Below, in pieces: positions 50,562-61,092 of a stretch of DNA of 64,000 nucleotides. Position numbers and translations under genes: made by a program. The notes beneath the pieces were generated by a model that did not search any database, was not told the origin of the DNA, and saw only the letters and a program-made list of their open reading frames with translations. Location: assembly GCA_964577585.1 (NCBI GenBank), contig CAZNZS010000003.1, forward strand, positions 677-64,676. The letters run 5' to 3'. Within the stretch, counting starts at the first letter, position 1. Each line of letters starts with the position of its first letter. This stretch comes from an uncultured Acutalibacter sp. (GTDB lineage: Bacteria; Bacillota; Clostridia; Oscillospirales; Acutalibacteraceae).

Positions 50562-51014
50562 TCACCTGTTGCTGTATTTTCGAAGTTCTTCCTGAATTTC
50601 AAGAGCGCCGTCGTTATCTCTGCAGACCACAAAAATCGTATCTTCTCCAGCTAGTGTTCCGACAAAGCTTTGGGCATAGGCAGAATCCATCGCGGCACAC
50701 ACGGCCTGCGCCATGCCGTTCATAGTTTTTACCACAACGAGATTCTGCGCCGCTGCAATAGAAACTACCGCATCTGAAAACAGAGGAAAGAATTTGGAAG
50801 ACATATCCGTTCCGGCATCGCTTCCGGTCGAATACTTGTATTTCCCGCTGTGGGATAATGTTTTGACAAGACGCAGCTCTTTAATATCGCGTGAAACGGT
50901 AGCCTGCGTTACATCAAAGCCGCTTTCCCGCAGATGCCGAAGAAGCTCGTCCTGAGTATCGATATCATTTTCCTTGATCAATTCCAGAATTTTCGCGTGG
51001 CGTCGTGTTTTCAT
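50562..51014 (-). CDS. argR: Arginine repressor
   Basis: TQDEL, VTQATVSRDIKEL, GTLAGEDT motifs. Confidence 0.95.
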   Translation of the reverse strand: MKTRRHAKILELIKENDIDTQDELLRHLRESGFDVTQATVSRDIKELRLVKTLSHSGKYKYSTGSDAGTDMSSKFFPLFSDAVVSIAAAQNLVVVKTMNGMAQAVCAAMDSAYAQSFVGTLAGEDTIFVVCRDNDGALEIQEELRKYSNR

Positions 51015-51051
51015 TTTTGTGATCCTTTCCGGGCAGAGTCACCCTTGCAAT

Positions 51052-51888
51052 TTATCTTGTCTCTAATATTTTCTGGCTCAAAATATCGTAGAAATCTCTT
51101 CCGTCAAGACGCAGAAAGCGGGCAAACCGCCGTGCGCGGGAAAACAGAAGCTGATCTCCCGCAAGGAGAGGGATGGGCGCTTCGCCGTCTACCGTGAGGA
51201 AAAGCTGCCCGTTTTGCTCCGGAACCGTTACAAGAAGCCTGGTATCTCCTCCGAAAATCACACTGCGGCTGAATAAGGCATGAGGGCAAATCGGGGTATA
51301 TACCAGGCAGTCTATATCCGGCTGCATTACGGGGCCTCCTGCAGAAAGAGAATACGCAGTTGAGCCTGTAGGCGTAGCCACAATAAACCCGTCTGCCCTG
51401 CAAAAATAGCCTCTGTTCTCTCCCAACGCCATCTCGTAGTTCATGATGGAAGCGGAAGCTCCTTTAACTACGGCGTCATTTAAAGCTAAATACGAAGACA
51501 CTTCATTTCCGGAAACAAGCCGAACAGACAGCATCAACCTTTTTTCTTCCTGGTATTTTCCTTTGATAAGATTCGAAAGCAGGAAAATATCTTCCCGCTC
51601 CAGGCCGGCTGTAAATCCAAGATTTCCCGCGTTTATCCCAAGGATCGGCTTATCAAATTCCGCCGCGATTTTTGCGGTATGAATGATCGTTCCATCCCCG
51701 CCGACTGCGATAAAAACGTCGCAATCACCCAGAGAATCGTCAATATTTTCGCGGTAATTGCCTTCGTGATCAAAAAGATCGGTCTTCAAAACGACCTCGC
51801 AGCCTGAGCGCTTCAGCGTGTCAACTGCAGATTCTGTGCAGGCCAGCGCTTCTTTTTTTATGAGATTTGGTACTACGACAGCCTTCAT
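51052..51888 (-). CDS. nadK: NAD kinase
   Basis: GGDGT, GNLGF, LNDA, TPTGSTAYSLSAGGP motifs. Confidence 0.95.
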   Translation of the reverse strand: MKAVVVPNLIKKEALACTESAVDTLKRSGCEVVLKTDLFDHEGNYRENIDDSLGDCDVFIAVGGDGTIIHTAKIAAEFDKPILGINAGNLGFTAGLEREDIFLLSNLIKGKYQEEKRLMLSVRLVSGNEVSSYLALNDAVVKGASASIMNYEMALGENRGYFCRADGFIVATPTGSTAYSLSAGGPVMQPDIDCLVYTPICPHALFSRSVIFGGDTRLLVTVPEQNGQLFLTVDGEAPIPLLAGDQLLFSRARRFARFLRLDGRDFYDILSQKILETR

Positions 51889-51904
51889 ATTTTGTCCCTT
51901 TCTG

Positions 51905-52720
51905 TCACTGATCCAAGGCGATATGTGAGGCTTCTACGACCTCAGAAGGAGCCGGAATTCCTTCTTTCATAACAGTTTGTTCACAGTTTTGTAAATAAAT
52001 CAGGTATTCAATATTGCCTTCCGGCCCTTTTACAGGTGAAAACGTTAATCCAAGCACTGAAAATCCATTTTGAAGGGCAAAGTCACGGATTTTTTCGATC
52101 ACTTCCTTGTGCACATTCTTGTCCCGTACAACGCCTTTTTTTCCAACCTTTTCCCGACCGGCTTCAAACTGCGGCTTGATAAGGCAGACAGCTCTGCAGT
52201 TTTTGGCAAGCAGCGGACGGATCGCCGGAAGAATGATCGTCAGGGAAATGAAGGACACATCGACGGAAAAGAAAGAGATCTCTTCCGGGATCTGCTCTTT
52301 TGTAAGAAAGCGCGCGTTTGTGCGTTCCAGATTCACCACTCGGCTGTCGTTGCGAAGCTCCCAGCTGAGCTGGCCATAACCCACGTCTACAGCATAGACT
52401 TTCTTCGCGCCGTTTTGCAGCATACAGTCGGTAAAACCGCCGGTGGAAGCGCCGATGTCCATGCAGACGAGATCCTCTACGTCAACGCCGAATTTCTTGA
52501 TCGCCTTTTCAAGCTTTAATCCGCCGCGGCTCACATAAGGTAGCCCTTTCCCCCGCACTTCCAGAGTGATCTCTTCCGAAAAAGTATCTCCCGGCTTATC
52601 GGCCTTCTGATTGTCCGCATAAACGATCCCGGACATGATAAGCGCCTTTGCCTTTTCACGGCTTTCTGCCAGCCCCTTCTCCACCAGGAGAACGTCAAGT
52701 CGCTTTTTCAGAATGCTCAT
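51905..52720 (-). CDS. tlyA: TlyA family RNA methyltransferase
   Basis: S4 domain, YVSRGGLKL, DIGASTGGFT, DVSFISL, LIKPQFE motifs. Confidence 0.95.
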   Translation of the reverse strand: MSILKKRLDVLLVEKGLAESREKAKALIMSGIVYADNQKADKPGDTFSEEITLEVRGKGLPYVSRGGLKLEKAIKKFGVDVEDLVCMDIGASTGGFTDCMLQNGAKKVYAVDVGYGQLSWELRNDSRVVNLERTNARFLTKEQIPEEISFFSVDVSFISLTIILPAIRPLLAKNCRAVCLIKPQFEAGREKVGKKGVVRDKNVHKEVIEKIRDFALQNGFSVLGLTFSPVKGPEGNIEYLIYLQNCEQTVMKEGIPAPSEVVEASHIALDQ

Positions 52721-54581
52721 CTCCTTTACGCAGATATGGTTGTATGGTTTCCTTGATTCCCGGCGTGCTCAATCCCAGCTTTTCCAGAGCACGGAACATG
52801 GGCGCATGAGGAACAAAGGGATTATCGATCCCGTGAAGATGATAATTCCCGTGAAAGCCCTGCCGGTAAAGCAAAAAGGAAAAATGCTCTCCAATACCGC
52901 CGCGGGAAACGCCCTCTTCCAAAAAGAATACATGTTCACAGGAAAGAGCCGCGGAAACCGCGCCCGGATCTATCGGAATAATGCGATTGAGCTTTATCAG
53001 GCGAACCGGTATTCCATCCGCCTTCCAAGCCTCGTACGCTTCGGCGGCAAAGGAAAACAGACGGCCGTAGGTTATCAGGCAGACAGAAGCTGCTTCAGGG
53101 CCGAAAGTCATATAGGACACGACGCTGTCTTTGAACCATTCGGGCTTATAAAGCTGGCTGCCTCTGGGATAGCGGATGGCGCACAGGCCTTTTCCTTCCT
53201 GGACAAGATAGTCCAGCTGAAGCTTCATCTCTTCAAAATAAGAGGGAGAATAGACTGTGGTGTTTGGGATGGTCTGCAGATAGGCAGCATCAAAAACACC
53301 CTGGTGCGTTTTCCCGTCTTCCCCGACTATTCCCGCACGGTCGATCGCCAAAAGCAATTTGGAGCCCTGCAGGGAAACATCGTGTAAGAGCTGGTCATAG
53401 GATCGCTGCAGAAAGGTGGAATAAACCGCGAAAACCGGGACCATTCCACCGGCAGCCAAGCCGCCCGCAAACGTAACGGCGTGTTCCTCCGAGATCCCGA
53501 CATCAAAGAATCTGTCACGAAAGTGTTCCTTAAATTGAGAAAGGCCGGTGCCGTCCTGCATGGCTGCCGTAATAGCGCATATCTTCAAATTCCGTTCGGC
53601 CAATCTGCAAAGCTCATTGCCGAATACATCGGAAAAATTCTGCAAATGTTCTCCGGTGCTTCCGGTAGAAACGTCAAAGCCGGAAAGGCCATGGTACATA
53701 CACGGATCCTGCTCTGCGTACTGATACCCTTTTCCCTTATATGTCCTGACATGGAGCAAAACGGGCTTTTGAACCATTTTGGCACTCTCAAAGGTTTCCC
53801 GGAGCGCCTTTACGTTGTGACCATCGAAAGGCCCATAATACGCAAAGCCAAAATCTTCAAAAATCGTGGAATTGTAAAAAATCTTCTTGATATTTGTCTT
53901 AATGTGCCGCAGGGCGGACGCAATGGGTTTTCCAATCACGGGAAGCTTCTGTAAAGAGCTTTCCGTTCTGTTTTTAATCTTTATATATCCGGGTCTTGTA
54001 CGGATATGGGTGAGATACCGGGCAATAGAGCCCACGTTCCTGGAAATGGACATATTGTTGTCGTTGAGAATGACGATCAAATTGCGATTCAGCCTTCCCG
54101 CGTTATTCAGCCCTTCATAGGCAAGCCCTCCGGATAAGGCCCCGTCCCCTATTACCGCGACCACATAGCCATCCTTTTTCTGCCTGAAATTTGCTTCGGA
54201 AATTCCTAAAGCGGAAGAAATGGAAGTGCTGCTGTGCCCTGTGGTAAAGAGGTCATATTCGCTTTCCTTCGCGCAAGGGAAGCCGGAAAGCCCGCCTTCC
54301 TTGCGAATAGAGGAAAAACGGTCATATCTTCCGGTAAGCAGCTTGTACGGATAGCTCTGGTGTCCAACGTCCCAAACAAGAGCATCACGGGGAAAATCGA
54401 ACGCCTGAGCAAGCGCGACTGTAAGCTCCACTACCCCCAAATTTGAGGCAAGGTGCCCTCCGTTATCAGAGACCGTTTCTATAATTGTCTGGCGGATCTC
54501 TTCGCACAGCAAAGAGATCTCTCTATCGCTCATTCCCTTGATATCCTGAGGAGACTTTATCTTCTCCAAAAGCTTTCCCAT
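52695..54581 (-). CDS. dxs: 1-deoxy-D-xylulose-5-phosphate synthase
   Basis: GGHLASNLG, DVGHQ, GDGALSGG, DRAG motifs. Confidence 0.96.
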   Translation of the reverse strand: MGKLLEKIKSPQDIKGMSDREISLLCEEIRQTIIETVSDNGGHLASNLGVVELTVALAQAFDFPRDALVWDVGHQSYPYKLLTGRYDRFSSIRKEGGLSGFPCAKESEYDLFTTGHSSTSISSALGISEANFRQKKDGYVVAVIGDGALSGGLAYEGLNNAGRLNRNLIVILNDNNMSISRNVGSIARYLTHIRTRPGYIKIKNRTESSLQKLPVIGKPIASALRHIKTNIKKIFYNSTIFEDFGFAYYGPFDGHNVKALRETFESAKMVQKPVLLHVRTYKGKGYQYAEQDPCMYHGLSGFDVSTGSTGEHLQNFSDVFGNELCRLAERNLKICAITAAMQDGTGLSQFKEHFRDRFFDVGISEEHAVTFAGGLAAGGMVPVFAVYSTFLQRSYDQLLHDVSLQGSKLLLAIDRAGIVGEDGKTHQGVFDAAYLQTIPNTTVYSPSYFEEMKLQLDYLVQEGKGLCAIRYPRGSQLYKPEWFKDSVVSYMTFGPEAASVCLITYGRLFSFAAEAYEAWKADGIPVRLIKLNRIIPIDPGAVSAALSCEHVFFLEEGVSRGGIGEHFSFLLYRQGFHGNYHLHGIDNPFVPHAPMFRALEKLGLSTPGIKETIQPYLRKGDEHSEKAT

Positions 54582-54596
54582 AACACCATTCCCCTG

Positions 54597-55454
54597 TCAA
54601 GGCACCATACCGTTTTGAAGCCTGGCCGCAGTTACGGTATTTTGCATCAGCACGGCGATCGTCATAGGCCCTACGCCGCCCGGTACCGGCGTGATATAAG
54701 ACGCAATGCTTTCCACAGATCTAAACTCCACATCTCCGCAAAGCTTTCCTTCGGAATTGCGGTTCATTCCCACATCGATGACCACCGCGCCAGGCTTTAC
54801 CATATCTCCGGTGACGAATTCGGCCTTCCCGACAGCGGAGACAAGGATATCAGCCTGCTTTGTGATATCCTTCAGATTTTTCGTTTTGCTGTGACACACG
54901 GTGACCGTACCGTTATTTTGCAGCAGAAGCATTGCCATGGGCTTTCCGACGATATCGCTTCGCCCGATAACAACACAGTGCTTTCCGGCAATTTCAACAT
55001 TTACGGAACGGAGCAGCTCAATGATCCCCGCAGGGGTACAGGGCTGAAAGACCGGCTTTCCCTGCATCAGCTTTCCGACATTATAGGCGTGAAAGGCATC
55101 TACATCCTTTTGAGGATTGATCGCTTCCACCACCGTGCTCTCATCCAGACCCTCCGGCAGCGGAGACTGCACAAGGATACCGTGGATATTCTCTTTTTCA
55201 TTCAGCCGTTCTATCAGAGCAAGCAGCTCCTGCTGAGAAGTGCCCGCTGGAAGCGCATATTCTTCCGAGTATATCCCGGTGGCTTCACAGGCCCTTTTCT
55301 TGTTGTTGACGTATATTCTGGATGCCGGATCATCGCCGACAATAACTACGGCAAGGCCGGGCCGGATCCCGTGGGAACAAAGCCGCTCAACCTCTTCCGC
55401 CACTTTAGCCTTCACCGCTGCGGAAACAGCTTTTCCGTCGATCAGTACTGCCAA
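54597..55454 (-). CDS. folD: Bifunctional methylene-THF dehydrogenase/cyclohydrolase
   Basis: YVNNK, GILVQSPLP, KDVDAFH, PCTP, GRSDIVGKP, PGGVGPMT motifs; TTG start assumed. Confidence 0.95.
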   Translation of the reverse strand: MAVLIDGKAVSAAVKAKVAEEVERLCSHGIRPGLAVVIVGDDPASRIYVNNKKRACEATGIYSEEYALPAGTSQQELLALIERLNEKENIHGILVQSPLPEGLDESTVVEAINPQKDVDAFHAYNVGKLMQGKPVFQPCTPAGIIELLRSVNVEIAGKHCVVIGRSDIVGKPMAMLLLQNNGTVTVCHSKTKNLKDITKQADILVSAVGKAEFVTGDMVKPGAVVIDVGMNRNSEGKLCGDVEFRSVESIASYITPVPGGVGPMTIAVLMQNTVTAARLQNGMVP

Positions 55455-55474
55455 AAGAGGCACCCCCATTTAAA

Positions 55475-56509
55475 TCAGTTTTCCGGTTTTTCGTCAGAGC
55501 CTTCCTCCGGCTTTTCCGGAGAAGGACTTTCCAATTTGGAAGTGCTTTCCCTTTCTTCCGGAGTATCAGAAGCTTCTTCCAGATCAAGACCGATCTCCTC
55601 AGGAGAAAGATTTCCGAAAATTGTACTGAAGCCCTCATCGGCAGCGGGCTCCTGCCCGGAAAGTCCGATCCCCTCCATGACCTTTCTGCTGCCGCATCCG
55701 GTCAGGCTTGTTTTATGACGGAAGGCAAAGAGAAGGATCAGCCCAATAATAACGCAGACACCCGCTATCACCTGAGAGACCCGCAGGGAGGTATAGGGAA
55801 TGATCAGACTGTCCGTGCGCAGACCCTCGATAACGAAACGGCAGGCGCCGTACCAGACAATATACAGAAGAAAGGTCTGGCCGTCATAGCGACGAAGCTT
55901 TGTATTGAAAAAGTGAAGCAGGACAAACCCCAACAGGCAGAGCAAGGATTCATATAAGAAGCAGGGGTGAACCGGTGAACCGGATACTACAGCTTCCGTA
56001 TTGGCGCTCTGCATTCCCCAGGGCAGGTCGGTAGCTCCGCCGAAGGCTTCCTGATTGATAAAATTTCCCCAGCGTCCGATGCATTGCCCGATCAAAAAGC
56101 CGAGAGAAGCAATGTCCAATACAGCGGACACTTTGAGCTTTCTGAACTTGGCCATGATCCCGCCGAACACCATAGCGCCGATGATCCCGCCGTAAATCGC
56201 AAGACCGCCTTCGTGTATTTTTAGGATCTCCATAGGATTCTTCCAGTAAAAATCTCCCGGATAGAAAACCACATAGAACAATCTGGCGCAGACAACCGCG
56301 GCGATCAGGCCAACGATCACAGCGTCCAGAAGGCGGTTAAAATCGATATTCATCTTCTTTACGATAAAAGACGCATACAGAACTGCCAGCAAAAATCCAA
56401 GCGCTATCAAAATGGCATACCAGCGTACTTCAAAGCTTCCGACGGAAAACGCTGTGGGGTTCACTGTAAAGCTCAGACCGAGCTTTGGAAATTCAACTAC
56501 TTGTGACAT
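55475..56509 (-). CDS. lgt: Prolipoprotein diacylglyceryl transferase
   Basis: RWYA, GGLAIYGG, GRWGNFINQE, HPCFLYES motifs; acidic C-terminal extension. Confidence 0.94.
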   Translation of the reverse strand: MSQVVEFPKLGLSFTVNPTAFSVGSFEVRWYAILIALGFLLAVLYASFIVKKMNIDFNRLLDAVIVGLIAAVVCARLFYVVFYPGDFYWKNPMEILKIHEGGLAIYGGIIGAMVFGGIMAKFRKLKVSAVLDIASLGFLIGQCIGRWGNFINQEAFGGATDLPWGMQSANTEAVVSGSPVHPCFLYESLLCLLGFVLLHFFNTKLRRYDGQTFLLYIVWYGACRFVIEGLRTDSLIIPYTSLRVSQVIAGVCVIIGLILLFAFRHKTSLTGCGSRKVMEGIGLSGQEPAADEGFSTIFGNLSPEEIGLDLEEASDTPEERESTSKLESPSPEKPEEGSDEKPEN

Positions 56510-56532
56510 TCAGAAACCTTCCTTTCCATACT

Positions 56533-57822
56533 TCATTCCGCGGGAGTGATCACGGAGAGAACGCTTTGCTCCTGAGAAAACACCTTCAGCTTCTCCTCTA
56601 CCTCTTCCAATCGCAGGGAAGCCAAAGCGTCGAGATAAGTAAACACTTCCCGGTCCCTGAGAGAAAAGCTGACTAAGAAATTTGCGATGTTTGACAGGCT
56701 GTTGAAAGCGGCAACGCTTTCCCCGTAAATTGCCCGTTTGAAACGCTCAAAAACATCTTCCGGGATCCCTTTCCTTTGATACTTTTCGGCTTCTGCCTGA
56801 ATTGCTTCCGAAACAGCCTGAGGATCGTTTGATTCGCCGCTGAAGGAAACGGAAGCATAGCCTGTTCCCTCAAAGTATTCAAAGCTGAAGCTTGCTTCGT
56901 TTATCAATTCACGCTGCAACAGCTCCTGAAACAGCGGTGAAGCATCTGAAGCCATGATCTCAAGCAGCACTTCCATGGCGGCAATATCTTTTTCGGAACG
57001 TATTTTTTCCGCACTCTCCTTGTATCCGAATTGGAACAGCGGAAGGGAAACCGAAAACTTTTCTTCGATCCTGTTTTGCACAACAGAGGCCGGTTCATTT
57101 TCAAAAAAACGCTTTACACCGAATGGCTCCGATGGCTTCAATACACGGTCGCAGACCTCTGAAACGCGCCCGGCATCAAAATTTCCTACGATAGCCAAAA
57201 CCATGTTATTCAAATTATAAAAAGTGTTATAGCAACGGTACAGGTGGTCGGGCGTTATCTTTTCTATACTTTCTTTTGTTCCCGCAACATCGATGCGGAC
57301 CGGGTGGGTGTGATACATGGCCCTTAAGAAATTAAACATTACTCTCCATTGAGGGTCGTCGTCATACATCCTGATCTCCTGCCCTATGATCCCCTGTTCC
57401 TTTTCCACCGTTTCTTTTGTAAAATATGGTGAGGTAACAAAGTCGAGAAGAATCTCCATAGAATCGTATAACCTGTCGGTACAGGAAAACAGGTAGCAGG
57501 TGGACTCAAAGCCGGTAAAAGCGTTGGCGCTGGCTCCGGTTTTTGCAAACCGTGAAAAGGCGTCGCCGGTCTCGCTTTCAAAAAGCTTGTGCTCCAAAAA
57601 ATGGGCGATTCCCTCGGGAACGTTCTCGGGAGCAGCCTCATCACCACACTGAAAACAATTGTCAATAGAACCGTACCTTGTGCCGAACATGGCATAAGTG
57701 GAAACACAGTCTTCCTTTGGATACAAAAGCACGCGCAATCCGGAAGAATGCCTGCCGCTGTAGTAGAAATCACCTATTCGGGCGTTACTGATCTTCTGAA
57801 GCTTCATATCAGCCACCGTCAC
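56533..57822 (-). CDS. M16 (pitrilysin) family peptidase, YmfH-like
   Basis: GIAHFLEHKLF (HxxEH), ANAFT, KEQGII motifs. Confidence 0.92.
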   Translation of the reverse strand: MTVADMKLQKISNARIGDFYYSGRHSSGLRVLLYPKEDCVSTYAMFGTRYGSIDNCFQCGDEAAPENVPEGIAHFLEHKLFESETGDAFSRFAKTGASANAFTGFESTCYLFSCTDRLYDSMEILLDFVTSPYFTKETVEKEQGIIGQEIRMYDDDPQWRVMFNFLRAMYHTHPVRIDVAGTKESIEKITPDHLYRCYNTFYNLNNMVLAIVGNFDAGRVSEVCDRVLKPSEPFGVKRFFENEPASVVQNRIEEKFSVSLPLFQFGYKESAEKIRSEKDIAAMEVLLEIMASDASPLFQELLQRELINEASFSFEYFEGTGYASVSFSGESNDPQAVSEAIQAEAEKYQRKGIPEDVFERFKRAIYGESVAAFNSLSNIANFLVSFSLRDREVFTYLDALASLRLEEVEEKLKVFSQEQSVLSVITPAE

Positions 57823-59077
57823 GTCCTTTCAAAACATACCGCACCGCGGGAGTTACCCTGCCGGCTGCCTCCGCAACCTGTCCGGCGGTATATTCCATAA
57901 CCTTTTCAGCCGCCTGCTCCGGCGTGATATCCCGAGCTGAAAACAGATGCCCCAGATGCCACGTTTCCACTGCGCCCAGGGAATCTCCAACAGATCGAAA
58001 AGAGTTTCGCATGGCAAGCTTGGCAGACATCAGTTCCTCTTCGGAAATACCGCCGTTTTGAAGCTCAAGAAGCTGCCTGAGGATCTCTTCCTCCGCTTTT
58101 TCCAAATTGGAAGTCTCCACACCGCTTTCTACATACAAGCTGCGGGTAGTGACTGAAAAAAGCGAAGAACAGTAATAGCACAGGCCCAGCTTTTCACGGA
58201 CGTTCTGAAACAGCTTTGAATGAGGAGTTCCGCCGAACAAGGCGCTCATCAGCTGAAATAGGAGCTGTTCCTCCGGATCGGAATCCACACGGAAGCCCAG
58301 GGAAAGCTTGGATTGGGAGACAGACTGGTCTTCACTGACCGTTTGTACAGCATTCGGCGCCTGAAAAGGCAGTGGGGAAAGAAGATGCGCTTTCCCAAGA
58401 TTTGAAAAACTTTTCCGAAAGCTTTCTGCGGAAGGAGAGCAGTCGCCTAAAATGAATATCTCAAATCTGGCCGAGGATAACAGCGTTTCCCAAGCGCCGG
58501 ACAACTGTTTTCTGTCAAGAGCAGCAATGCTTTCCCGGCTGCCGTACCGGTCGATGCCCGCAGCCTGTCCGGAAAGCAGCAATTCTTCACAGCGCTGATG
58601 AGCGTAGGTGACCTTGTCATTAAATTCCGCTTCCTTCAGTTCTAAAAGCTGCCGTTTTTCCTGCAGGAAATTTTCCTCTGGAAAAAGGCCTTCTTTGTCC
58701 GTAAGGGGTGAAAACAGGGCGCTGAATAAAAGCTGAGTCAGCTCTGAAACCATGTCGTCTCCGCCATAGGCATACCGGTTGGAGATCCCGGATACGGACA
58801 CAGTGAGACACTGATAGCTTCCCATCTTCATCACCCGGGTACCGAGAGAGGCTCCGTACAGCTCGGAAAGCCTCCTGTTCAGGGCGGTAAAGTTTGGATA
58901 ATCCCGGGTAGCCCGCGTTACCAACCCCGGCAAAATACCGTAAACACTTGCGGTGGATTCTGAGAGCGGCACAAGCATGTTTACGGAAATGCGTATGGAC
59001 TTAAATCTGGACGCGGTATACATTCGCAATGTAACAGCATCGCTGATTTTTTGAACGATACAATCCTTCATGGACAA
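57809..59077 (-). CDS. M16 family non-catalytic partner, YmfF-like
   Basis: SKLFQNVREKLGLCYY motif; no HxxEH; paired with the YmfH-like gene. Confidence 0.85.
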   Translation of the reverse strand: MSMKDCIVQKISDAVTLRMYTASRFKSIRISVNMLVPLSESTASVYGILPGLVTRATRDYPNFTALNRRLSELYGASLGTRVMKMGSYQCLTVSVSGISNRYAYGGDDMVSELTQLLFSALFSPLTDKEGLFPEENFLQEKRQLLELKEAEFNDKVTYAHQRCEELLLSGQAAGIDRYGSRESIAALDRKQLSGAWETLLSSARFEIFILGDCSPSAESFRKSFSNLGKAHLLSPLPFQAPNAVQTVSEDQSVSQSKLSLGFRVDSDPEEQLLFQLMSALFGGTPHSKLFQNVREKLGLCYYCSSLFSVTTRSLYVESGVETSNLEKAEEEILRQLLELQNGGISEEELMSAKLAMRNSFRSVGDSLGAVETWHLGHLFSARDITPEQAAEKVMEYTAGQVAEAAGRVTPAVRYVLKGRDGG

Positions 59078-59188
59078 AACCTCATAAATCTGATCTGCTT
59101 TAAGCTCACATGGGCCTGTATAAATATTCGTGCGGTCCTAGTATATCACAAACCTTCCCCTTTTGAAAGGGAAATCGGAAAAATAATG

Positions 59189-59227
59189 AAAGCCGGTACG
59201 TCTCTTGTGGGAAGCGCACCGGTTTTC
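59189..59227 (-). terminator. Terminator after upp
   Basis: ccggtgcg...cgtaccgg stem followed by cttt on the minus strand. Confidence 0.55.
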
Positions 59228-59243
59228 ATACCTGCTCGATTTT

Positions 59244-59882
59244 TTAGATCGTACCAAAAATGCGGTCTCCGGCATCACCCAAGCCGGGAAGAATATATCC
59301 GTTCTCATTGAGCTTTTCATCAACTGCAGCACACCAGATGTGAACGTCCGGGTGAGCTTCCGTCAGAGTCTTCAGGCCCTCCGGAGCGGCAATGATGCAA
59401 AGGAATTTTATGCTTTTCGGATGGCTGCGCTTCACGATGGTGATGGCGTCCATGGCAGAACCGCCTGTAGCCAGCATGGGATCGAGCACGATCACATCAC
59501 GCTCTTCAATATCCTGGGGAAGCTTGTTGTAATACTCAACGGGCTTTAAGGTATCGTGATCGCGGTAAAGCCCGATGTGCCCCACCTTGGCGGAGGGAAC
59601 AAGCTGCAGCATTCCGTCTACCATACCCAACCCTGCTCTCAGGATCGGAACAAAGGCCAGCTTGCGGCCGGCAATGACCTTGGTAGTGGTTTTTTGCATG
59701 GGGGTGACCGTTTCGACCTCCATTAAAGGCAGATCTCTGGTAGCCTCATAGCACATGAGAGTGGCGATCTCCCCTACCAGCTCCCTGAAATGCTTGGTGC
59801 CGGTGTTGGCATCTCTCAAGAAAGTTAGCTTATGCTGGATCAAAGGGTGATCCATGACAAAAACATTTTTGTACTCCTGCAT
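59244..59882 (-). CDS. upp: Uracil phosphoribosyltransferase
   Basis: [33 protein letters not shown] motifs. Confidence 0.96.
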   Translation of the reverse strand: MQEYKNVFVMDHPLIQHKLTFLRDANTGTKHFRELVGEIATLMCYEATRDLPLMEVETVTPMQKTTTKVIAGRKLAFVPILRAGLGMVDGMLQLVPSAKVGHIGLYRDHDTLKPVEYYNKLPQDIEERDVIVLDPMLATGGSAMDAITIVKRSHPKSIKFLCIIAAPEGLKTLTEAHPDVHIWCAAVDEKLNENGYILPGLGDAGDRIFGTI

Positions 59883-59935
59883 CTTAAATTCCTCCAATTC
59901 TTTCGCTCCGGAGATCCGGCGCGTATTTTCCTTTT

Positions 59936-60382
59936 TTACAGCAGGCCTTCTTCGATCTGCGCAATCTGATCGATCCTCCGCTGGTGCCTTCCGCCGTCAA
60001 ATTCAGTATTGAGAAAAATGTCTGTCATTTGCAGAGCGGTTTCCCGGTCCACAACCTTACCGCCCATACAGAGAATATTTGCGTTATTGTGCCTGCGGGT
60101 CATTTCGGCACAGAAAGCGTTCGTGCATACTGCCGCTCTGATACCCTTTACCTTATTGGCTGCAATGGAAATGCCGATTCCCGTGGAGCAGACCAGAACG
60201 CCGCGATCCACCTGAGACTCCGCCACCGCTCTGGCAACCTTGGCGGCAAAGATCGCATAATCGACGGATTCCGTGCCGAATGTGCCGTAATCCACGTATT
60301 CGACGCCTGCCTCCTTAAGATGGCTTCGAATGGCCTCTTTTAATTCAAAACCGCCGTGATCGCATCCAAGCGCAACCTTCAT
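59936..60382 (-). CDS. rpiB: Ribose-5-phosphate isomerase B
   Basis: [35 protein letters not shown] motifs. Confidence 0.96.
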   Translation of the reverse strand: MKVALGCDHGGFELKEAIRSHLKEAGVEYVDYGTFGTESVDYAIFAAKVARAVAESQVDRGVLVCSTGIGISIAANKVKGIRAAVCTNAFCAEMTRRHNNANILCMGGKVVDRETALQMTDIFLNTEFDGGRHQRRIDQIAQIEEGLL

Positions 60383-61092
60383 ATTCCGTCATTCTCCTTT
60401 TTCTGTTTGTTTTTCAACTCCCGTTCTGCCTGAGGAAGCCTCAAATAAGACGGGACCAGTTCCTGTACGGACACCGTTTTCCCGGCTTTTGCCGCTTCTT
60501 CCGCAAGCAGCGCCACGGAAGAGGCACGCTGATATCTTATCTCCGGCGGCGCGATGCGCGCACCCCAGGAGCGGAAGGTCTCATGGCACAATGCCGCGCC
60601 GTCGCCGAACAAAATGAGTTTTTCGCCGTAAGCTTCACATTCAAGAGAAAGCTCCGATACAGCCAAGGCCCGGTCCGGCGCGATACGGCAAAGCTTCCCG
60701 CCATCCGCCCGGAACAGAGCATTGTACACCTGGCCGCACCTGGCGTCCATGACAGCGCAGATCACACAACCTTCATAATATCTGCCGGGCATGGCGATAG
60801 CCTCCAAGGTGGAGACGCCGCAGCACGGTATATCTCCCGGCATGGCAATTCCTTTGACACAAGATACTCCGATACGGACGCCCGTAAAAGAGCCGGGCCC
60901 GTTCGCAACGGCCACAACACCAAAATCGGAACATTTTTTTCCGAGAGCACGCAGCAGGCCCTCCGCCATGGGAAGCAATGTCTGACTGTGGGTTTGCCTG
61001 GTATTTACAAAGGATTCTCCCAGAAGGACACCGTCTTCCATCACCGCGGCCGAAGCAGGCGCGGCAGAGGATTCTACAGCAAAGATCAGCAA
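60379..61092 (-). CDS. tsaB: t6A biosynthesis protein TsaB
   Basis: HSQTLLPM, GPGSFTGVRIG, DARCGQVY, PSYLR motifs. Confidence 0.93.
   Translation of the reverse strand: MLIFAVESSAAPASAAVMEDGVLLGESFVNTRQTHSQTLLPMAEGLLRALGKKCSDFGVVAVANGPGSFTGVRIGVSCVKGIAMPGDIPCCGVSTLEAIAMPGRYYEGCVICAVMDARCGQVYNALFRADGGKLCRIAPDRALAVSELSLECEAYGEKLILFGDGAALCHETFRSWGARIAPPEIRYQRASSVALLAEEAAKAGKTVSVQELVPSYLRLPQAERELKNKQKKENDGI

Noticed and set aside
54453-55718. 421-aa plus-strand ORF antisense to folD/lgt
   Set aside because: Antisense shadow with no domain signature.
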